From Heptranchias perlo (lineage: Eukaryota): a stretch of DNA of 64,000 nucleotides. A program made the position numbers and the translations under genes. Positions within the stretch are counted from its first letter, which is position 1, and each line of letters opens with the position of its first letter. This document shows positions 1-10,230 of this stretch, one piece after another. The stretch lies in assembly GCF_035084215.1 (NCBI RefSeq), contig NW_027138407.1:1426001-1490000 (forward strand), in the 5' to 3' direction. The notes under the pieces are model-generated. The model was not told the DNA's origin. It was given only the letters and a program-made list of their open reading frames with translations, and did not search any database.

Positions 1-1119
1 GGTACAGTGACTCACACGGGCACTGAGAGAGAGAGAGATTAACGCTGTCTGAAGATCAGGGACATGTAAACACAGACTGCAGACTGCACTTTGTCATAAG
101 GTAGCATGGGAATGGGTGGGAATATGTGGCTTGTGAAGGGAATGGGGGAGATAGGGATAAAAGAGCAGAGGGAAAAGCAGAACAGTTTGGGAAAAATCAT
201 CGGAAAGAGAGGTTAAAAAATAGACAGGTATCAGGAAAATAAACAGAAGGCTAAAATAAAGCAAAGAAACTTATGAAATAGGATAATGAAAGTGATTGAA
301 TGAAAGGAAGATGCGAGCAATGTATCTGAGCAGGACAGTGAGACCGCCCCCCTCCTCCACGGTGGATCAGTTCAGTGCCCGCCTATACTCAATGGTTAAA
401 GATCTGAGCAATGTACCTGTGCAGATGACTGACGCTCCGCTCAGTCCACCAGCCGAGTGCCTGCCTGTGTTCAATGGTTAAAATGTTCTCCCCAGGTAGC
501 AGCCCTGAAACCCGGATCCAAGGCGGGAGAGTCCTCACACAGGCCAAGGAAGGAGCCATTTGGGACATTGCCACATGGCAGAAGGCCCATTCTTCTCCTC
601 CACCCACGGATACAAACAAACTCACCTTGGACTCTCCCACATCTGGGAGGGCGGGGTCTCAGGCGCAGGGTGCAGTTACCTGGTAGGGAAGGGGCTTTGG
701 ACTGGGCGGAGGGTGGACTTTGTGTGACAAGCCTCTGCTATATTTTGGGAGGTCAGACCCACCGACCAACTCGCTTTTGCTCCTGGGATGCGCTGCTGCA
801 GTCAGATTGGTAAATGATTCTCCATCTTTAAACTCCTGTCTCAGTGCACAGGAAAATTAAAATGGATTGTAGGACAGTGTGGGTGTCTGTGTATCTTTAA
901 AAGCACTGTCTCTTTCTCAGTGCATATATTTAAAGTGTTCTGAGGATGATTGTAGTAAGGTGTGTGTGAGACTTGATCCAGCTCCTACCCATCCTTCCTC
1001 GCATTCTTGCACCAGTTTGCCGGCCCTGATCAGGGTCTTTCCCCTCCAGACAGAGCCGTGGGTCGACGATCTGTGAGGCGATGTTGCGATGTTTTGTCGA
1101 GTGAGAGCATCACCCGTGG

Positions 1120-1230
1120 CCAACTGTATGTCACGCAAACATGGCCGACTATACGTCACGCAAACAGGCCGACTGTACGTTACGCAAAACATGGCCGACT
1201 GTACGTCACACAAACATGGCCGGCTGCGTG
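1120..1230. repeat. ~25-bp tandem repeat (CTGTACGTCACACAAACATGGCCGA), about 4 copies; related copies at ~42315-42380
   Basis: Repeated unit visible directly in the sequence. Confidence 0.8.
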
Positions 1231-1354
1231 TGCGACGTGAGTATCGCATCGTTATTTTCTTTCCCTCCTCTCCTTTCTTTCTCTCTCATTCCATTCTTTC
1301 CCTCTCCTTCCTTTCACGCTGTTTTCTTCTCTTTCCCTTGTCGCCTGTTTCCCC

Positions 1355-1925
1355 CCTTTTTAATCCCCTTTGTGTAATCCCCATGAGTAATCCTCCTGTG
1401 CACCCCCCTCCTCCATGTAATCCCCACTGTGTAATCACCCCGGGTAATCCCCTCTGTGTAATCACCCCGGGTAATCCCCTCTGTGTAATCACCCCGGGTA
1501 ATCCCCTCTGTGTAATCACCCCGTTTAATCCCTCTGTGTAATCACCCCGGGTAATCCCCTCTGTGTAATCACCCCGTTTAATACACCCCAAGTAATCCCC
1601 CACGTCTAATCGCCATATGTAATCCCCACCTGTGTAATCCCCCTGTGTAATCCCCCCTGTGTAATCTCTCCTTTGTAACCACCCTTTTTTAATCTCTCCT
1701 GTGTAATCCCCCATCTTTAATCCCCCCCGTGTAAGACCACTGTTTAATTCCCCTCTCTAATCCCCCGTGTAATCCCGCTGTGTGATCCCCCCTTGTGTAA
1801 TCTCTGCTGTGTTATACCCCCTGTGTAATCCCCCTCTATGTAATCCCCTACACTGTAATCCCCCACATGTAATTCCTGCATCGTGCATTCCCCCATGTAA
1901 TCCCCCCGTATAATCCCCCCCCCCG
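1355..1925. repeat. Minisatellite built on TGTAATCCCC, including perfect 27-bp units (ATCCCCTCTGTGTAATCACCCCGGGTA)
   Basis: Direct repeats; the ORF track shows the ITPGNPLCV 9-aa periodicity. Confidence 0.9.
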
Positions 1926-2399
1926 CAGCGAAACAAACCCCTCCCCCAGTGAAACGCCCCCGCTGAAACACCCCTCCACCTCCCCCAGTGAAACTCAGCA
2001 GTCACCGCGATACCATTCTGTAATGTCGAATTGCGCTGAACCATTAAAGATTTTACGTTTGTGATTATGCAAATTAATTTTATGGGATATTTGAAAGGCC
2101 CCGATTCCCTGGTCTTTGCTGATTCTCTGATGGTTTACTGGGTAAAAGCCCTGATCCCTGGTCTTTGCTAATTCACTGACGGTTTAATTGTTAAAGGCCC
2201 TGATCTCATCAGAGAATCACGTGTCAACGTATCTTTCAGGTTGAGAGCTCACTCACATCTTTCAGGTTGAGATCTACCAGACAGATTTCTGTCACCTAAT
2301 TGAATCTTTCTTATATCTAAAATGCTACAGAAATGTATTTTTTTGTTATTTTACACGATGAAACTGAAATATTTCACGATGTTTTACAATCAAGAAAAA

Positions 2400-3015
2400 A
2401 ATCAGAGACACAGCAGGGAGGGGAAAGAGAAAGGAAGATAGAGAAAGGGAGAAGCCGGTGAAGAGTGGGAGATAGCAAGAGAGATAGAGAGAGGGAGAGA
2501 CAGGTTGAGAGATAGGAGTATTGAGAGAAGGAGAGAAAGAAATAAAGACAAGTAGAGAGGGGGAGAAATAAGAGCAGGGAGAGAGAAAGAAAGAGAGAGA
2601 CGGGGAAAGATGGGCGAGGTAGGAGCAGAGAGGGAGAGAGCGAGAGAGAAAGAGAGAGGGGACAGAAATAGGGACAGGGGAAGGGAGAGACAGAAGCAGC
2701 ACCTGTTCAGCAGAAAAGAGAATGAGAGAGAAAGAGGTAGCAACGAGAGAAGGAGAGAACGGGAGATACAGAGAGAGATAGAAGCAAGGAGACAGAGAGA
2801 GGGAGAGAGAGAGAGAGATGGTGAAAGACGAGCTAGATGGGGCAAAGAGAGAGGGATGGAGTGATAAACAGAGACAGAGATAGGGACAGGGAGGACGAGA
2901 GAGACAGAAGCAGCAATGGTTGAGCAGAAAAGAGAAAGAGAGGAAGAAAGAGGTAGTATCGTGAAACGTAGAGAAAAGGAAAGGGGGAGAGAGACAGAGA
3001 TGGAGAAAGGGAAAA
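2400..3015. repeat. GA-rich low-complexity tract
   Basis: Purine-rich (GA)n-like sequence; overlapping ORFs are S/L- or E/R-rich artefacts. Confidence 0.9.
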
Positions 3016-3039
3016 AATGATTTTGTGTGAGCTCCTTTA

Positions 3040-3300
3040 CATGTACAGCAGACAGCGGGCAAGAGGTAACAATTCACTTCCGTCTGGTACTGTACGGCCC
3101 GTTTGTGTTTCAGGTTCAGCACATGTACAGCAGACTTCAGGTAAAGGGGAACGATTCACTCCCGTCTGGTAATGTGCTCGTGTGTGCCCCAGTTTCAGCT
3201 CCTGTACATCTACAGTCCACAGGGAGTAAAAGGGAACGATTCACTCCCGTCTGGTACTGAACGACTAGTGTGCGTCCCAGTGTCAGCTCCTGTTCAAGTG
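3040..3300. repeat. ~83-bp tandem repeat, 3 copies
   Basis: ATTCACT(T/C)CCGTCTGGTA recurs at ~3072, ~3154 and ~3239. Confidence 0.75.
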
Positions 3301-3392
3301 CAGCACACAGCTGACTTTAACGTTGGTTGTCCCAGCAGAGCAGCCCCGGGGCAGATTCGAACTCCTGTTAAACTTGGAGTTACATATCGTCG

Positions 3393-3406
3393 CCACCAGA
3401 GGGCAG
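3393..3406 (+). promoter_or_regulatory. Candidate CTCF site CCACCAGAGGGCAG at the 5' edge of cassette 1
   Basis: Close match to the CTCF core consensus; absent from the paralogous position (~43050). Confidence 0.5.
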
Positions 3407-3968
3407 CGGGAGAAAGTGTTCACTCTGCAAGTTTCAACGTGGGGCCGAGTTCCAGACTAAAAACAATGTTCAGTTACTTTATTTCAGAAAAAAAGATTAA
3501 AGAAGCAGATTCGGAAATAAAGGCATTAATTGCGAATGGAAGTTGAGTTGTGTTTTAATTTTATTATGAATTATTAAAGTATTATAAATTGCAAATACAA
3601 AATATGAAGGTTAGGGACTTTGAAATTAATCTTACAGACACAAAGAACGTCAGAACTCACCAAAAATAACATAAACAGAAGTTTTAATGCAAACCACAGA
3701 AGGGGACGGTGCACGAAGCGACTGTTTAAATTACAGTGACAGTTTATTCTCTATATATATTGTGCATATCTGCCTGTATATTGAAAATGGCACTGGACAG
3801 TCTCATATTGTAACCTGACTCTCAGTTGCTGGACTGAGGGAGCTCTGCATGGTCCGTCGGATGAGAGGTTTAACCGAGGTCCCATCAGCCGGTTCAGGGA
3901 GATGTTAAAGAATCCCCCGGCACTATTGGAATAAGAGCGGGGGGATTCTCCCGGTGTCCTTGGCCAAC

Positions 3969-4268
3969 CCGCGACCTCTACCACCTAGAAGGACAAGAGC
4001 AGCAGGTACATGGGAACAACACCACCTGCACGTTCCCCTCCAATTCACACACCATCCCGACGAGGAAATATATCGCCGTTCCTTCATCGTCGCTGGGTCA
4101 AAATCCTGGAACTCCCTTCCTAACAGCACTGTGGGAGAACCTTCACCACACGGACTGCAGCGGTTCAAGTAGGCGGCTTACCACCACCTTCTCAAGGGTA
4201 ATTAGGGATGGGCAATAAATGCCGGCCTCGCCATCGACGCCCACATCCCATGAACGAACAAAAAAAAC
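3969..4268 (+). mobile_element. 5'-truncated LINE 3' tail inserted only in cassette 1
   Basis: Matches the 3' end of the LINE at 34745-35785, ends in an A-run, and the empty site is seen at ~43600. Confidence 0.8.
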
Positions 4269-4638
4269 TTTCCCCTCATCAAACATCACCCAATAAAAAC
4301 ACATGAAACAACCACCCAGCTCGTTCATGTGAGGCAAAGGAGGCGGTAGCCTCTGCTGACAGAACAACTCCCCCCACCTGTATATCAGACTAATATGGGA
4401 GGGGCTTTCAGATCGGGCTCAGAGACCGATTGAAAAGCCATAAAACTGCAGGTCCGTCTTTAAACCTGTCGCCTATTAACACAGCACACAGCCAGAGATC
4501 CGGGAACCGTGCGGAGTATTAATGATCTCCGGGTCAATGCGTCGTGCAAATGAACTGGATCCCCTAAAGTATTTAAGTACAGCTCCGAGGTACAGCCTCC
4601 CAGGGCAGTCAAGGGCTGCAGTCTCCAGCTTCCCGTCA

Positions 4639-4644
4639 TATAAA
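4639..4644 (+). promoter_or_regulatory. TATA box of NAR-TCR V1
   Basis: TATAAA 30 bp upstream of the leader ATG; conserved at 43972 in copy 2. Confidence 0.65.
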
Positions 4645-4668
4645 CCATCAGCTCCAGGCAGCAGAACA

Positions 4669-4711
4669 ATGGGAATCCTCCTTGTTTTCATCCTGTGTGT
4701 CTATTTACCCC
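4669..4711 (+). CDS. NAR-TCR V1 leader exon (MGILLVFILCVYLP)
   Basis: Hydrophobic signal peptide with a phase-1 GTGAGT donor at 4712. Confidence 0.92.
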
Positions 4712-4857
4712 GTGAGTACCGTTCAACCAAACAGACATTGTGCACATTTAACAGAAAGCTGCCCGAGTCTATCCGAATTGCAGACACGGTCTCAGTTTTC
4801 GCCCCGTTGTGTTGTTCGGCTCTGACGGCTCATTAAACTCTCTGTTTAATTTTCCAG

Positions 4858-5146
4858 GCTCTTTCGGTCAGTCAGTGGTACAGACCCCGGATGCGGTAAC
4901 TAGGAAGGAGTGCCAGTCTCTCACCATCACATGCGTTTTCTGGGGAGGGTTTTTTAAACGTCCTTTAGTGAGTGGGGAATTCTTCAGACAAAGGCAGACC
5001 GGCACAGAGTGGGAGCCGATCAACGGCGGAGGACGATTTGTTACTTCGACGAATACCGAAGAAAAGACGTTTCGGCTGGAAATTAGGGACGCGAGAGTTG
5101 AAGATAGCGCCACTTATTACTGTAAAGCAAAGTACAAGTATGATAA
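4858..5146 (+). CDS. NAR-TCR V1 (IgNAR-like V exon)
   Basis: TTTCCAG acceptor; QSVVQTP..KECQSLTITC..FFRQ..GGRFVTSTN..FRLEIRDARVEDSATYYCKA matches the IgNAR V layout (no CDR2 strands, GGR[Y/F]V motif); extra FR1 Cys as in NAR-TCR; followed by an RSS. Confidence 0.93.
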
Positions 5147-5184
5147 CACAGTGATGGGTCTCGGCTCCCCGTGATACAAAAACT
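5147..5184 (+). promoter_or_regulatory. 23-type RSS of NAR V1 (CACAGTG, 22-bp spacer, ACAAAAACT)
   Basis: Read directly. Confidence 0.95.
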
Positions 5185-5534
5185 CTCACTGCAGATTGTC
5201 ACGGAAACAAATGAAAAAACGGATTTAATCTGCGATTAAACCCAACAGATCCGCCTCGCACCTTCTGCCCCACAATCTAGTTAATAATAAGCTTGGATTA
5301 TTACAGTCAACATTTTGTGTTTTATAAATACGGATTCTGTGCGGATAATGTCTTTCCTGGGATTGGTGTCAATGAATGGCGATTGGGATTGACTGATCCC
5401 ATTTACAAGTCCCTTGCACCAGATGGGATCCTGTTCTAACAGCTGGAACCGAGATCCGCAATCCCCACCGTTTAACTAATGTCCCCGCATATCACCAAGC
5501 ACCGGGGGATTTTATGCTAACTTGAAGTACTGTG

Positions 5535-5548
5535 TTGATTGGGATAAT
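5535..5548 (+). CDS. NAR-TCR D1 (TTGATTGGGATAAT) flanked by two 12-RSS
   Basis: 5': GGATTTTAT-12-TACTGTG (5507-5534); 3': CACAGTG-12-GCAAATACC (5549-5576); conserved in copy 2. Confidence 0.88.
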
Positions 5549-5938
5549 CACAGTGGAAGAGACCTCAGCAAATACCTCTGTACAATTAAAATATCAATTC
5601 TCCCGGCCCGGATCCTGAATTGTAGGTTTGATGTTATTATCGCTGTAATCTGGATTGATTTTATTGCAAATTCCTGCTTTCAGTGATCTTTCTTTGATTT
5701 TTTTTCCGTTTATGTTAAACGCCCATCTCCGGCCCGTGTACCGGGGCCATTTTACAAAGAGCTGAGAGTCTCAGAAAGAAGAGTTTGAAACGACTGGGAC
5801 TGTGAAACATGGAATGTTGTTCATTGATGTAAAATCCCTGGAATAATTGGGCAGCGTGGACTCTATGCTGATGTGTGACCAGCAGATTGAGGTGTCTGTG
5901 GTTCTTGTACAGGGGTGACTGAGAGCGGTGTCACTGTG

Positions 5939-6001
5939 GTGATAATAAATGGTATGATGCTTATGCGGATGGATCCGGGACAGTGGTGACCGTCACAGCC
6001 G
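5939..6001 (+). CDS. NAR-TCR J1 (DNKWYDAYADGSGTVVTVTA)
   Basis: 5' RSS GGTTCTTGT-23-CACTGTG (5900-5938); IgNAR/IgH-like GxGTVVTV; phase-1 GTAAGT donor. Confidence 0.92.
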
Positions 6002-8044
6002 GTAAGTGACTCCAAACCCCGCCGTGTTACAGAGTGCCCCGGTTAATATTCACCGTCAGTTTATTATTGTGATCAGTATCACCTCAATCCCCTTCAAATT
6101 AAAACATAGTGGTTTTCTAAGGGGGCATTTCAATTCCAGTTTGAGATTCCGCACCAGAATATGAACCGGGAGGCGGGTCGTGGTATGAATCCGGAGATAG
6201 GAGTTGTGAGACCCCCACGGAACAGGCAGACAGGGGTTTGACCCCATCAGGACCATCATTGGTTTAACGGGGACGTCGGACTCTTTCTCACTCTGATCCC
6301 CAGTTGGTGTAAATGAGCGCAGATTGTCGACACTCCGGCCTCCGCTCTCGGCGTTAACTGTGACTGAGGGAGATCTGCCTGTCCCTGTGAGCACGGGGGA
6401 AGTTTCAGAGCACTCTCCTGGGCAGGAAATTGCAATCCGAACCGGGCAGTGTGAATGAGGTACCGGTCGAGTAAACCTAACACTACAGCCGCCCATCCGA
6501 TAACAGCAGCGGCAGAAAAACTGGAGCATAACACGGCGGGGCTTCAGGTACAAGAGATCCGCTGTAGGTCCAGGTGGCATTTCATGATTGGACACCCAGT
6601 GACTGAAATTAATTGCATTTTAGCTAATATTTATTTCAATTCCCTTCACATAAACAGTCATTTGTCTCGATGCTCCAGGTTTGAGTCGAAATGTGAAAGC
6701 CTCGAACGACAGACACTTTTCCATATTTAATATCAGTGTTTCAGAGATCGGTTTCCATTAATTTACCTGGAGCCTTGATTAATTTTAATTGAAACAACAA
6801 TGGGCAGTGAGAGACTGAGTGCGAGGCGCAAATATTCTAATAAAGGAGAACAGGAACACCCGAGGGAACAAGTACAGGCTGGAGAAAAGTCCATTGAGAA
6901 CCAGCAAGAAATAATTCACTGAAAGGGAGCGAAATATCGCCCATAGCCGGTCAAGCGGGAATGTGGAGACACCGACCCCTGGGCCGTTCAAAGTACAATC
7001 CGGCACCGGTGGACTTACATTTACCGGAGGGATGGGCTTCGATTGGGCTCCGGGACTTTTCTCAGCTTTGCATTTCTTATACTCCTGAGAAAAGATATCA
7101 GCAGCAATCCACACCAATCTGGAAAGATTGAACAGGCCGGGGCTCTTTTCTCTAAAATAGAGAAGAGTGCGAGGAGACCTGATAAGAGGTCTTTAAAATT
7201 ATGAAGGTGTTCGATAGGGTGGATGTGGGGAAACGATGTCCACTTGTGGGTGAATCCAGAACAAGGGGTCATAAATATAAGACAGTCACTAACAGTAAAG
7301 TAAAGAATTTTTGAGGAATTTACTTACACAGAGAGTGGTGAGAATGTGGAACGTGCTGCCACATGGAGTGGTTGAAGCAGATAACATTGACACATTTAAG
7401 GGGAGGATTGAGACATACATGAGGGAGAAAGGAATAGAGAGATACGGGGTGGGGGGGGGGTCAGGGTGGAAAATGGTAATTAGAGTTGGCGGAGGGTCGT
7501 TTGGAATCTAAACGCCGGCATAAACCAGTAGGGCCGAATGGCGTGTTTCTATTCTGCAGGTTCAGTATATTGTAAAACTCAGAGAAAACTCCGCCCGGAG
7601 AGATTCAACCAATGCTCTGAAGGAATTGACATTATTAGAGAGTAGGAAGAGACAGTTCCCAGTGAGTAACAGTAAAACGACTGCGGAAACTGCACAGACT
7701 GATCCCACGGATCAATGAGAGACTCTGGGACAAGTTCTCAGGGTGGCGGGAAACCTCAAACAGCAGAGAGCGAGCGATCCTGGTGTAGACATAAAATGAA
7801 AGTTACTATAGAATCTGCTCCCACCGCCCTTTCAGGCAGTGCATTCCAGATCATAACAACTCGCTGCGTAAAAAAACATTCTCCTCATCTCCCCTCTGCT
7901 AATTTTTCCAATGAAAGTAAATAAAGTTCGAACGGGCTTCAAATGAAGAACAACATTACCGCTAGAGGCATATCAATTCATGCGATTGACAAGTGTCGAA
8001 ACTGCAGCTAAAGAAATACTAATCTCCCAATTTTTATCCTGCAG

Positions 8045-8355
8045 ATTCCAGTTTATCTGTGTCCCAGAGATTGCCTCGACAAACCTCTACTGCCGGTGAC
8101 ACCGTTACTATAAGTTGCGAATATTCAGGGCTCTGTCAGTACACAGTGCAATGGTACCGTCGGTGCCTATGGCAGGCTCCGAAATACCTCCTACAGAGAC
8201 ACACTTCAGGAGAAGGGAATAATGAAAACGCTGCCGGGGGCCGAATTTCTGCTTCTATCGATCCTACCGAGAAAACCAGCCGGTTAATTATCTCCAAATT
8301 ACAACTGAGTGACTCCGCTGTGTATCTCTGTGCACTGAGTCCGCGCACCGATACA
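8045..8355 (+). CDS. NAR-TCR supporting TCR-delta V1 (leaderless, CDR1 Cys)
   Basis: TTTTATCCTGCAG acceptor in phase with NAR J; TISCEYSGLCQYTVQWY..LQLSDSAVYLCALSP; no leader exon found between NAR J and this exon; RSS CACAGTA-24-ACAATAACC at 8356-8395. Confidence 0.9.
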
Positions 8356-8690
8356 CACAGTAGTTTGAGTCTGCTTAAGTGGTCGTACAATAACCTCCCA
8401 CCCACACAGAACGGTTCAACAACATTCTCAACACTCCCAGGAAGGTTTGGTTCCAATCCAGCAACGTTTACCCCCGGACCCTTACCGTTTTACATTCTGT
8501 TCATTTTGCAATTTTATTTCCCCTGGATATTTATTGCTGTGATCACATTGCGGGAACGCTCCAAGACCGCCAATGCATAAAGACATGACTCGTAAGCTTA
8601 CTAGTTCTATCCTTCAGGAACAAGCGAATCAGTTACTGGGAGATGTGGAGGAGATTCCTAGTGATCTTTTTACAAGATTCAACGATATGT

Positions 8691-8751
8691 AACATTAGGC
8701 GACAAGAAAAGTTCACGTTTTGGAATGGAAACAGGCTGATTTTGAATCCCT
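8691..8751 (+). pseudogene. J-delta a, pseudo (KFTFWNGNRLILNP)
   Basis: J-like motif with FGxG changed to FWNG; degenerate heptamer GATATGT; GTAAGT donor. Confidence 0.65.
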
Positions 8752-8867
8752 GTAAGTATCAACTCCTCAATTTGGTCTCTCTCTCAACAACTTCTTTTAC
8801 TAATTGGAGCCTTATTTTTAGTTATATTTATACATAACCGTTATATTTTTACATAACAGCATTAGTT

Positions 8868-8918
8868 GGGTGATAAGCTGATATTGGGAACTGGGGAACT
8901 GATAGATTGTGCAACGGG
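8868..8918 (+). pseudogene. J-delta b, frameshifted (DKLILGTG...)
   Basis: J-like start, frameshift, GTAAGT donor; the paralog at 47713-47768 is also frameshifted. Confidence 0.6.
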
Positions 8919-9226
8919 GTAAGTAGATTTGTGTCTTCTTTATCTCAATTCACGGCGGTTTCGTGTGTGATGCAAAGTTAGGGTCTATCCCTTCAACTGA
9001 CATTAAGCCCTTAGCACGAACACACACGTATGCACTGGAGGGAGACCTTTCACTGACCTGCGTGTGTAACGGCGAAAGACAATTAAGCAACACTTCGAAA
9101 GATATCCAGGAGGTAATTCAGCAAGATGGGGCCACGATCTAAGCCCCTGGTGCTTCTATTAAGCTACAGTCCAGACAGTTTACAGCCCTCTTGGAACAGG
9201 TTTCTGTCTGTTCAGCTGTTAATGTG

Positions 9227-9292
9227 CAGGATGTTGGCAAACTACCACTAAACTAATATCTGGAAATGGGACCAGAATTATTTTAGAAACGG
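9227..9292 (+). CDS. J-delta c, open frame but non-canonical (GCWQTTTKLISGNGTRIILET)
   Basis: 12-RSS GGTTTCTGT-12-TAATGTG (9199-9226); FGxG changed to SGNG; GTAAGT donor. Confidence 0.75.
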
Positions 9293-9537
9293 GTAAGTAA
9301 AATGTAAGGATATTGTCTCGTTCTTCCTCTTGTAGACACGTGTTTGCCTTCTGGTGAATATTGGTAGAGGGACCAGGTATCTATTATTAAATTGCGGTGA
9401 GGATAATTTTCCCCATTTACAGGGGTTTGCGGTACCCAGTTCGCTTTTCCAACAACGTGTCCACTTTCTGCTGCGATGAGGTGGAATTAGACCTGGTGGC
9501 GCTGTGCGGGTTTTACAGCTGGGTACTTATCACTGTG

Positions 9538-9599
9538 TGGATTAGGGGATGCTGCTGAACTAACATTTGGAAACGGAACTGAAGTGATTGTAGAGCCAA
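9538..9599 (+). CDS. J-delta d, canonical (GLGDAAELTFGNGTEVIVEP)
   Basis: CACTGTG heptamer at 9531 with a 12/13-bp spacer and GGTTTTACA nonamer; FGNG motif; phase-1 GTATGT donor. Confidence 0.9.
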
Positions 9600-10230
9600 G
9601 TATGTAATATTTAAACACATTACTCGTCCTTTTGTAACAATAGAAGACGCATGGCATGTGGTATCTGCTAATTATGGGCGGACGAGTCGGTTAACGGTTT
9701 TTAGAAAGAAATAAACAAAGAACGAAAGATTTCCATGTAAATCGCGCCTTTCGCTACCTCAGAACGTCTGAAGGCGCTTTATAACCAATGAAGTACTTTA
9801 AAAGTGTGCTCACTGTTGTAATGTAAGAAACCCGGCAGGCAATTTGCTCACAGCAAGGTTTGACAAACAGCGATGTGATAATGACCAGATAATCTGAAGC
9901 TTTCCCCTTCAAATCAGACGCAATTTTCCAGCGATTATGCGAGAGTATACATTATTTCCATAAAGATAATAAATAGGATTCAATTGAGACTTTTACTCTA
10001 TCCGCATATCCGCGAGGGAAAGGAAACCAGCGGTGGCTTCAGTGTCTGCCGAATCATTCCAGATGTTGCTTGTTGAATCATTACTCCAGGATTAATATAG
10101 GGGGCCTTAAATCATTGCAAACACATTGAATATTTGAGACGTTGTGTTGTGTTCCCATTTATTTAGTGCAGGACATGAAGAAATTTGCAGATGTGCATAG
10201 ATTGGCCATTTTTAAAAATTTAACACCGTG

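Noticed and set aside
1425-1580. Regular 27-bp repeats resembling a CRISPR array
   Set aside because: No unique spacers and the context is vertebrate; it is a minisatellite
1089-3122. Long ORFs of 140-258 aa near the window start
   Set aside because: Products of minisatellite and GA-rich low-complexity sequence
4544-4551. Ig octamer-like GTGCAAAT upstream of NAR V1
   Set aside because: One mismatch to the octamer and not conserved in copy 2 (GTGGAAAT)
6056-6730. Overlapping ORFs in the NAR J-V intron, conserved in both copies
   Set aside because: Conservation follows from the duplication; ORF ends differ between copies and no domain is recognisable
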